A stretch of 24,000 nt of DNA from Syntrophomonadaceae bacterium (GTDB lineage: Bacteria; Bacillota; DSM-12270; Thermacetogeniales; Thermacetogeniaceae): positions 6,354-30,353 of the forward strand of contig DULK01000096.1 of NCBI GenBank assembly GCA_012840385.1, written 5' to 3'. The notes under the pieces are model-generated. The model was not told where the DNA came from and did not search any database. It saw only the letters and a list, made by a program, of their open reading frames with translations. Each line of letters opens with the position of its first letter. The first letter of the stretch is position 1. The position numbers were made by a program, and so were the translations under genes. This document shows, piece by piece, positions 1 to 7,558 of this stretch.

Positions 1-1
1 G

Positions 2-1846
2 ACCGACAAAGAGGTACGGAAGCAGTTCCAGGAGAGCAGGGCCGGGCAGCGCATGGTGGCTGTGGTCCTCCACCATCCTGAACGGGAAGGTAAGGCCTAC
101 CGGCTGGCCACGGAAAAGGACATGGAGGTTTTCCATGAAGCGGAGAGGCATCTGGAACAAAAGCGGGAGGAGCTGTGGGACAAGTGGGGCTTTGACCCGG
201 TGCCGGATGAAGACCTACCACCCAAGAATACGTTAGGCTTTCGTGTTCAAAGGTACAGAATTCTGAAATGGGGTGACCTCTTCAACCCCCGCCAGAAGCT
301 GGCACTGATCACCTTTGCGGATAAGGTGCGGCAGGCGCATGAGCTGATGCTGGCAGAAGGGTATGGGGATGAGTACGCCAGGTCGGTGGCGACGTATCTG
401 GCGCTGGGGGTGGATAGGTTGGTTGATCAATCAAGTGTTCTTGTCCCGTGGATTACTCAATTGGAGGCTGTTGCTCATACTTTTAACAGACAAGCATTGG
501 CAATGGTATGGGATTACGTAGAGGCTTCACCTTTCATTTACTACCTCAGTGCAGTTGATTGGGAAGAGAGAGCCATCTCTCATCTCTCCCACATAACTAA
601 CATGGAAACGCAAATACCAACCGTCACCCAAACCTCCGCCATCTCTCTGCACTATCCCGCCAACTACTTCGATGCCGTGGTCACCGACCCGCCGTACTAT
701 GACAACGTGCCCTATTCTTACCTTTCGGACTTCTTCTACGTCTGGCTCAAGCGCACCATCGGCGATTTATACCCTGACCTTTTTGCCACACCGCTGACAC
801 CCAAGTCCGAAGAAATCGTCGCCTACAGCCATGAGGAGGGCGGCTTTGAGGAGGGGAAGAGGTTTTTTGAGGAGATGATCGCCAGAGCCTTCCGGGAGAT
901 CGCCCGCGTCCTGAAGCCCGAAGGGATTGCCATCATTGTCTTCGCCCACAAGACCACAGATGCCTGGGAGACGATCATCAACGCCCTTTTGAATTCCGGC
1001 CTCTACCTCACCGCCTCGTGGCCGCTGAATACCGAGATGCAGGCACGCCTGAGGGCTAAGGAATCGGCAGCCCTGGCCTCATCCATCTACATGGTCTGCC
1101 GCAAGCGCACAAAAAAGGAAACCGCCTACTTCAATGAGATCAAGCCTCAGGTTGAGGAAAGGATCCGTCAAAAGCTCGACCAGTTCTGGAACGAGGGGAT
1201 CGGCGGCAGCGACTTCTTCATCTCCGCCATCGGCCCCGCCCTGGAGGTCTTCGGTAGGTATGAGCGGGTGGAGACCTACTCGGGCGAGGAGGTGAAGGCA
1301 GCAGACCTCCTGGAATTTATCCGCAAAACGGTGAGCGAATACGCCCTCACCAGGATCCTCAAAGACAGCCATCTGGGCGGCATCGACGCCGAGACCCGTT
1401 TCTACCTGCTTTGGCGCTGGACCTACAACGGGGCCATGGTTCCTTTCGATGAGGCCAGGAAGCTGGCCAGCGCTGTAGGGATCGAGCTTGACCAGTACTG
1501 GAGCGGGGGCTTTGTTAAGAAAGACAGGGAGTTTATCAGTGTCCTGGGGCCGAAGGAGCGAGATAAAAAGTTTCTGGAAAAGGGGAAGCTGGACAACATG
1601 GTGGATGTCCTCCACGCCTGTCTCGTCCTCTGGGAGAAAAACCAGCGGCAGAAGATCACCGAAATTCTCACTGCTACGGGGTACCTGCACAACAACGACT
1701 TCTGGCAGGTGGCACAGGCCCTCTCCGAGGTGCTGCCGCCGGGGGATAAGGAGAAGCAGCTGCTTCAGGGCTTCTTGTACGGGCGTGAAAGCTACCAGAA
1801 AGCGACAAACGGCGGTGACAACGGCCAGCTCCGCCTGTTCCAATAA
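2..1846 (+). CDS. DNA methyltransferase, DUF1156/COG1743-like amino-MTase (N6-A/N4-C class); 5' end lies outside the window
   Basis: The reading frame is open from nt 2 with no stop, so the ATG at 53 is probably internal. The catalytic motif IV DPPY (DPPYYDNVPY) sits at nt 686-697. It is followed by SYLSDFFYVWLKR and IIVFAHK, which I recognise from DUF1156-family methylases. Family members are much longer than 600 aa, so the N-terminal DUF1156 domain should lie to the left of the window. Confidence 0.8.
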   Translation, partial: TDKEVRKQFQESRAGQRMVAVVLHHPEREGKAYRLATEKDMEVFHEAERHLEQKREELWDKWGFDPVPDEDLPPKNTLGFRVQRYRILKWGDLFNPRQKLALITFADKVRQAHELMLAEGYGDEYARSVATYLALGVDRLVDQSSVLVPWITQLEAVAHTFNRQALAMVWDYVEASPFIYYLSAVDWEERAISHLSHITNMETQIPTVTQTSAISLHYPANYFDAVVTDPPYYDNVPYSYLSDFFYVWLKRTIGDLYPDLFATPLTPKSEEIVAYSHEEGGFEEGKRFFEEMIARAFREIARVLKPEGIAIIVFAHKTTDAWETIINALLNSGLYLTASWPLNTEMQARLRAKESAALASSIYMVCRKRTKKETAYFNEIKPQVEERIRQKLDQFWNEGIGGSDFFISAIGPALEVFGRYERVETYSGEEVKAADLLEFIRKTVSEYALTRILKDSHLGGIDAETRFYLLWRWTYNGAMVPFDEARKLASAVGIELDQYWSGGFVKKDREFISVLGPKERDKKFLEKGKLDNMVDVLHACLVLWEKNQRQKITEILTATGYLHNNDFWQVAQALSEVLPPGDKEKQLLQGFLYGRESYQKATNGGDNGQLRLFQ

Positions 1847-1916
1847 AGTTTTGAGGCCTGTCCTGAATTTACCCCTGTTAGGGGGATAACTACCTGATTT
1901 TAAGGGAGGCGCGTCT

Positions 1917-4652
1917 ATGGCTCTACCGGCATGGTGGCAAGTAGTGACACCTCATAAAGACATCCGGGAAAAGTCCTTCAGCGAGGCGGTCTTCGCCGCC
2001 GATCTGGGCGATGTGGTTGGCGGCACGGCGCCTGAGGAATACAGAGACCCCCGTCTTTTCTTTGAAAAGACCTACCTGACCTCAGGATTGAAAAACCTGG
2101 TGCGCAACGTCCTCTCCCGCCTCAGCACCGGGAAAGGTGACCCTGTTATCCAGCTGCAGACCCCCTTTGGCGGGGGCAAGACCCATGCTCTCTTGACCCT
2201 CTACCATCTGGTGAAGTCTTTCGACCAGCTCACCCACCTGGAGCAGCTCCAGGAGTTGCTGGCTGACTGGCAGGGCTTTGCCGGGGCAAGGGTTGCTGCC
2301 TTTGCCGGAACGACAGCCGACCCCGTAAAGGGCAGGACGCCCTGGGGGGAGATCGCCTACCAGCTTGGCTGTTATGAGATCGTCAAAGAGCATGATCTGA
2401 GGCGGGTGGCGCCGGGGAAAGAGCGGATCAAGGAAGTTTTGCAGAAAAGCGGCCCTACCTTGATCCTGATGGATGAGTTATTGCAGTACATCGTCAAGGC
2501 CAATCAGGTTGAAAAGGTGGAGAAGATCACCCAGGGGCAGACACTGGCCTTCCTCCAGGAGCTGTCGGAGGCGGTCGCCACTTCTGAGAAGGCCGTTCTG
2601 GTGCTGACACTCCCCGCAAGCATCTTGGAACAGTACGATGAAGAGGCCGAGAAGGCGCTAGCCCAGCTGCAGAAGGTATCAGGCAGGGTAGAGAGCATTT
2701 ATGTGCCTGTGGAAGGCCTCGAGATCTACGAAGTCATCCGCAAGCGGCTTTTCGAAAATCTGGGTGACCCCAAGGTCCATCGGCAGATCGCCGAGGCTTA
2801 TTTCCGCCTCTATCAAGAACTCGGCAGCGATGCCCCTGCTGAGGTGCGGGAAACCGCCTACCGGGAGAAGATCGAGCGAGCCTATCCCTTTCACCCGGAA
2901 TTTATCGATGTTTTGTACGAACGCTGGGGTTCCTTCCCTACATTTCAGCGCACCCGGGGGGTATTGCGGCTCCTGGCCATGATCGTCGAGGACCTCTATG
3001 AGCGCAAGGTTACAGCCCCCCTGATCCAGTCCTCGCTGGTGGATCTGGCCAGTGTGCCTGTGCGCAGGGAGTTCATCAACCACATCGGCAATGAATTCGA
3101 CAGCATCATTTGCTCCGACATCCTCGGCAAAGCCCGGCGGATCGACCAGGAGATGGGCAGCGAATACGAAAAGTACGGCCTCGCCAAAGGCCTTGCCACG
3201 GCGGTCTTTCTCTATTCCTTTAGCGGTGGAGAGCGTCGTGGGGTAAATCTCCCCTGGCTGCGGGTTGCCCTTTTGCGTGAGGGCATTCCTCCCACAATTG
3301 TCGGTGACGCCGTCAGCAAGCTCGAAGACGCGCTCTGGTATTTCCATACGGAAAAGCGCTTCTACAGCTTCAAGAACCAACCCAACCTGAACCGCATCAT
3401 TGTGGACAAAGAAGAGGCCACTGACCCCGAACAGGTTCGTGAGAGCCTTTATGAGCATCTGAACAGATTGGCCAGAGGGGCTTCTTTTGACGTCTACCTG
3501 TGGCCGAAGGCTTCGGGGGACATCCCCGACAGCCGGCGCCTGAAGCTCATCCTGCTGGACCCAGAGCAGAAGTACGGGGAAAGCGCAACAGCAACCTTTA
3601 TCCGGGAGATTTTGGATAGCAGCGGCTCTACTTTTCGCATTTACCGTAATACGGTGTTTGCCGTAGCCATGGATGCTGGCTCATATGCTGCGCTGGAGAG
3701 GCAGCTCAGGCGCTTCCTGGCCTTGCAGGAGATCGCGGGTGATGCCACTATCTCCCTGACTGCAGCTGACCGTGAGGAACTCCAGACTAAGCTCAATCAG
3801 TCGAGGAAGGATCTCCCTTATGCAATTGTTGCCGTCTACCGCCACGTTAGCTGGCGCAGCAATGGAGATGTGGTCTGGCGGGATATGGGGATCCCGACAG
3901 TAGGGGAGAACCCCTCCATAAGCGCACGTGTCTGGCGGTATCTCAAAGACGAGGAGCGCATTTTGTCTTCCCTGACGCCTAAAGTGATCCTCGACCGGGC
4001 TTTCGGTAAGGAAGAGACAGAAAAGACTCTCAACGAGATCTTTGATGTTTTCCTCAAAACCCCCGGACTGCCCTGTCTGGAGAGTGAAAAGGTGTTGCTT
4101 GATGCAGCCAGCCAGGGCGCAAAGGCCGGTCTGCTCGGGGTACGCCTCGGTTCTGCTCTCTATTTTGTCGAAACTCCGCCGGATTTAACTCTGGATGCTG
4201 TCGTTGTCCGGCCCGAAAAGGCGGAGGAAGAGAAGAAGGCCGGAAGCGAAATTCCCGGCGGCGGTGGCGGTTCTCCCGGAGGGGGAGGTGGAGGTACAGG
4301 TTCCGGCGATGGCGATCAGGGCATTCAGACGATCCAAGAAGAGAGGGAAAGTTATGGGGGACAAAGTGACGGGCAGGTTGTTTCAGTTGGTGCAGGTGGT
4401 CCCGGCCAGCCGGCAGCGGCTAAAGTCAGGCGGGTCAGCATCAAGGCGGCTGTTCCCTGGGATAAACTCTCGCAGATTGTCGCAGGCGTGATCCGTCCTT
4501 TGAAGGCCTCAGGCGGTGAGCCGAAAATCATCATAGAAGTTAAGGCCGAGTCCGAAAGCGGTTTTGACCGTACCACCCTCGACAGCAAAGTGAAGGAAAC
4601 CCTCCAGCAGGTTGGCGCGGTTATAGCAGAATGGGAAGAAAGCTGTTTTTAA
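1917..4652 (+). CDS. DUF499-type P-loop ATPase (COG1483; BrxC/PglY-like), 911 aa
   Basis: A strong RBS (AAGGGAGG) lies 7 nt upstream of the ATG. The N-terminus (WWQVVTPHKDI..FAADLGDV..YRDPRLFFEKTYLT.GL) is typical of DUF499. Walker A is TPFGGGKTH (GGGKT at nt 2169-2183) and the Walker B-like motif is LILMDELLQY. A Gly-rich linker precedes a small C-terminal domain. Confidence 0.8.
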   Translation: MALPAWWQVVTPHKDIREKSFSEAVFAADLGDVVGGTAPEEYRDPRLFFEKTYLTSGLKNLVRNVLSRLSTGKGDPVIQLQTPFGGGKTHALLTLYHLVKSFDQLTHLEQLQELLADWQGFAGARVAAFAGTTADPVKGRTPWGEIAYQLGCYEIVKEHDLRRVAPGKERIKEVLQKSGPTLILMDELLQYIVKANQVEKVEKITQGQTLAFLQELSEAVATSEKAVLVLTLPASILEQYDEEAEKALAQLQKVSGRVESIYVPVEGLEIYEVIRKRLFENLGDPKVHRQIAEAYFRLYQELGSDAPAEVRETAYREKIERAYPFHPEFIDVLYERWGSFPTFQRTRGVLRLLAMIVEDLYERKVTAPLIQSSLVDLASVPVRREFINHIGNEFDSIICSDILGKARRIDQEMGSEYEKYGLAKGLATAVFLYSFSGGERRGVNLPWLRVALLREGIPPTIVGDAVSKLEDALWYFHTEKRFYSFKNQPNLNRIIVDKEEATDPEQVRESLYEHLNRLARGASFDVYLWPKASGDIPDSRRLKLILLDPEQKYGESATATFIREILDSSGSTFRIYRNTVFAVAMDAGSYAALERQLRRFLALQEIAGDATISLTAADREELQTKLNQSRKDLPYAIVAVYRHVSWRSNGDVVWRDMGIPTVGENPSISARVWRYLKDEERILSSLTPKVILDRAFGKEETEKTLNEIFDVFLKTPGLPCLESEKVLLDAASQGAKAGLLGVRLGSALYFVETPPDLTLDAVVVRPEKAEEEKKAGSEIPGGGGGSPGGGGGGTGSGDGDQGIQTIQEERESYGGQSDGQVVSVGAGGPGQPAAAKVRRVSIKAAVPWDKLSQIVAGVIRPLKASGGEPKIIIEVKAESESGFDRTTLDSKVKETLQQVGAVIAEWEESCF

Positions 4653-4987
4653 CGGCACCAGCCGTTAAGGTTGTCCAATTAACGTGTGAAAAGATGGCGG
4701 TTGTTCTCTCAGAATCCGGTGAAATCAAATGGTTTCGCAGATCTGAATCCTTTCCCTACTGGATTAACAAAGGGCCTCTTCTCGAATGGACCTATGCCTA
4801 TGACTTTTTCACTGCGGGAAAAAGCCTTCCGGAAACACCGCAGAAGGTACAGGCTCTGGCCTGGTGCCAGGGGGTTTCAGGAGAAGAATTGATTTTTGAG
4901 GAATCAATGGCATTTCCTAACCTGAATATGGTAATGACTTTGCTTTACATTCCGTATGAAGAGGAATTCGACTCTTTCTATTGTTAG
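4631..4987 (+). CDS. hypothetical small acidic protein (118 aa; alternative ATG at 4694 gives 97 aa)
   Basis: The ORF overlaps the ATPase stop by 22 nt, which would allow translational coupling. It has no clear RBS and no motif I recognise. The amino-acid composition looks protein-like. G+C appears lower than in the two upstream genes. Confidence 0.35.
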   Translation: MGRKLFLTAPAVKVVQLTCEKMAVVLSESGEIKWFRRSESFPYWINKGPLLEWTYAYDFFTAGKSLPETPQKVQALAWCQGVSGEELIFEESMAFPNLNMVMTLLYIPYEEEFDSFYC

Positions 4988-5402
4988 CGCAATTAAAGTA
5001 TGGCCAATATGATCTTAAAGGTAATATACGGCATATTGGTGCCTACAAGGGTCTTTGTCAGGTGAATGGTTACATGAATTTAGTGATATGGTGATGCTGT
5101 ATCGGGGGTGGAAACTTGCGAATCCGTTTTGACTGTCCGGGAGTAACGCATAATGCAGAGGAGTGCCACAGCCGGTGCTGCGTCAACTGCCACTGTTCGC
5201 TCTGCTCCGGTAAGTGTTCATTCTTTGCAAAAGAGGAAACCTGCTGTGTATCCGCCGAAAAGGGTATCTGCATGTCAACAGCCTTCAACTGAGGGCGAAA
5301 AGCCGTGCCGGGTTAGAGGGTGGCCGCCGGGGCGGTGCAGGTATTTCAGCCCAAGTTGTGAGTACTAAGCTGGTTTCAATTGAGTATGGAAATTGAAAAG
5401 GC

Positions 5403-6467
5403 GTGATGCTTTTGGATAGAAAACGCAAGGAATTTTTTAGAGGCTGTCTGTTGGGGGGAGCGGTGGGCGATGCCCTCGGCTGGCCGGTGGAATTTATGAG
5501 GCTGGCTGAGATCAAAAAGAGGTACGGCGGACGGGGAATTGAAACCCTTGTTTTAAACGCTGACGGAAAGGCCGAAATCACCGACGACACCCAGCTGACC
5601 CTTTTCACAGCCGAAGGCTTGCTGCGTGCTTCTACACGCCGTAATTTGAAAGGGAACTGCCACATCCCAACAGTGGTTTACCACGCCTATCTCCGCTGGC
5701 TTCATACCCAGCGCGTTAAATGTAAAGGTGGAGAAGAGATCGTCAAAAATCTTGACGGCTGGGTGTCAAAAATAAAGGCGCTTTACGCCCGCCGCGCTCC
5801 GGGGAGTACCTGCCTGAGCGCCCTCTCAAGTGGGAGAATGGGGACGATCGAGAAGCCCATCAACAACAGCAAGGGCTGTGGCGGAGTGATCCGCGTCGCA
5901 CCTGTGGGCCTGCTGTTCACGAAAAAGGACGCTTTTAAGCTTGGCTGCGAAATCGCCGCCATCACCCACGGGCATCCAGGCGGCTATCTGACGGCAGGGG
6001 TACATGCCTGCATCATCAGCTGCCTGATCGAGGGTATGGAGCTGGAAGATGCCGTGAGCGCAGCGATTCAGGAGCTCGCAGCATATCCCGGAAGTGAGGA
6101 ATGCCTGGGGATGATCGATAAGGCGGTTGAGCTAGCACAAGACAACGATCCCTCGGGAGATGTCCTGAAACAGCTAGGTGAAGGATGGGTAGGGGAAGAG
6201 GCCATTGCCATAGCCGTTTACTGCTCGCTTGTATACAGAAACGATTTCAAAAAGGCCGTTTGCCTTGCCGTAAACCACGATGGTGACAGCGACAGCACCG
6301 GATCAGTTACCGGGAACATCCTCGGGGCGTACCTGGGGATAGAGGGCATTCCCGCTGAGTGGCGGAAACATGTTGAGCTGAAGGACGAGATTATCACTCT
6401 GGCGGATGACCTGCTTATCGGGTTTGAGGACAGTGAGAGTTGGTTGAAGAAATACCCCGGATGGTAA
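5403..6467 (+). CDS. ADP-ribosylglycohydrolase family protein (DraG/ARH-like)
   Basis: The N-terminus reads GCLLGGAVGDALGWPVEF. The metal-binding signatures of the ARH fold are present: TDDTQLTLFTAEGL, and HDGDSDSTGSVTGNILGAYLG near the C-terminus. The start is either GTG 5403 or ATG 5406. Confidence 0.85.
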   Translation: MMLLDRKRKEFFRGCLLGGAVGDALGWPVEFMRLAEIKKRYGGRGIETLVLNADGKAEITDDTQLTLFTAEGLLRASTRRNLKGNCHIPTVVYHAYLRWLHTQRVKCKGGEEIVKNLDGWVSKIKALYARRAPGSTCLSALSSGRMGTIEKPINNSKGCGGVIRVAPVGLLFTKKDAFKLGCEIAAITHGHPGGYLTAGVHACIISCLIEGMELEDAVSAAIQELAAYPGSEECLGMIDKAVELAQDNDPSGDVLKQLGEGWVGEEAIAIAVYCSLVYRNDFKKAVCLAVNHDGDSDSTGSVTGNILGAYLGIEGIPAEWRKHVELKDEIITLADDLLIGFEDSESWLKKYPGW

Positions 6468-7164
6468 AGCGCCAGAAAGATGCTGCAGCATCCTGCTAAG
6501 TGCGCGGGATGCCGGTGCCGCGCCCGGGGAGGGTTCCCGATGCCCGCGCTGGCTGTCCCTTAAACGCAGCGTCCGTCTTGTATCCGCGCCCGGAGGGTAC
6601 CTGGCAGCCGGTGTTTCCGGTACTTCCGGTGTATCCCTAGCTCACCTCGGGTATTTCCATTGTGTTTGCTCGCTCCGGATATCCTGCCTCCAGCACCATG
6701 CCGGCTCACGTTTATCCGCCGGATACAGCACCTGCGGGGATACCTTTCTCTCCGGCTGGCTGCAGGAGCTGCCTCCGGCTCCTGATTACCTGCGGTTGAT
6801 CTGCACGTGAACGATCTATTCCTGGCCTGTTCGGACCGTGCCCGTTGAGAAAGCGGAAAGCGGTGTGACGGCTGCCGCCGTCAGGCCTAACGGTCGGCCC
6901 CGCCTCCTCCTCTCCCATTGTACGGGGGGAGCCCCTCCCCCGGTCAAGGCACGCTCCAGCGGGCGGGCTCCCTCCATACCGTACCGTTCCCTCCGCCCGC
7001 CCGCTTCCGCTCTCCCCGGCACTGAACCGCAGGATTGACCGCTGCCGGTCAGTGCAGGTGAAGGGGGGTGTGTTTTTCGTAAGGCATCGGGGACACCTAG
7101 TGCCGGGTCCGGCCTTGGCCGGGGCCACCCCCCGTTCCCCGGAGCAAAAAAGGAGGCGTTTCTC

Positions 7165-7479
7165 ATGTTGGAGAGTCTGGTTGGTCTGTTGGCTTCGGTG
7201 GACGGGCGGCGCATCGGCCGTGCGGTGGACGGCATCGCTCAGGAGTACTATCGGGTGCAGGTGGTGAAAGTGGAGGAGGAGCACGGCCTCATCACCGCCT
7301 ACGTCCTGGCATTCAAGGACGGGCAGTTCACCGCCGAGTACTGCGTGACGCTCGGGGCGGACGGCTACGCTTGGTGCAACTGCCGGGATTTCATCGTGGG
7401 CGGTCACAGGTGCAAGCACATGGCGGTGCTGTCCCTCTGGCTCATGCGGGAGGACGCTCTCAGGGCTGCCGAGGTGTAG
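7165..7479 (+). CDS. SWIM zinc-finger domain protein (104 aa)
   Basis: A strong RBS (AAAAAGGAGG) lies 8 nt upstream of the ATG. The SWIM signature CxCx(n)CxH is present as WCNCRDFIVGGHRCKHMAVL. Third codon positions are very GC-rich. An intrinsic terminator lies ~55 nt downstream. Confidence 0.75.
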   Translation: MLESLVGLLASVDGRRIGRAVDGIAQEYYRVQVVKVEEEHGLITAYVLAFKDGQFTAEYCVTLGADGYAWCNCRDFIVGGHRCKHMAVLSLWLMREDALRAAEV

Positions 7480-7532
7480 GCCGGCGAGCTGGAGCAGCGG
7501 CGCGCCCGGAGGGCACCCGGCAAAAGGCAGGC

Positions 7533-7558
7533 GGCGGGCTAGGTCCCGCCCTTTTTTT
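7533..7558 (+). terminator. rho-independent terminator downstream of the SWIM gene
   Basis: The stem GGCGGG (7533-7538) pairs with CCCGCC (7545-7550) around a 6-nt loop. It is followed by C and then T7 (7552-7558). Confidence 0.6.

Noticed and set aside
1079-1843. Long antisense ORFs inside well-supported genes: 1079-1843(-), 2679-3458(-), 17292-18365(+), 13064-13444(+) and 18741-19166(+), among others
   Set aside because: Each lies wholly inside, and opposite to, a gene with strong family signatures (MTase, DUF499, kdpB, kdpD, kdpA). Their sequences are low-complexity and they lack RBSs. They are shadow ORFs.
5070-5368. Overlapping ORFs 5070-5288(-), 5153-5368(+) and 5214-5396(+) in the spacer before the ARH gene
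   Set aside because: They are mutually overlapping on both strands. None has an RBS, one starts with TTG, and none has a recognisable motif. There is no basis to prefer any of them.
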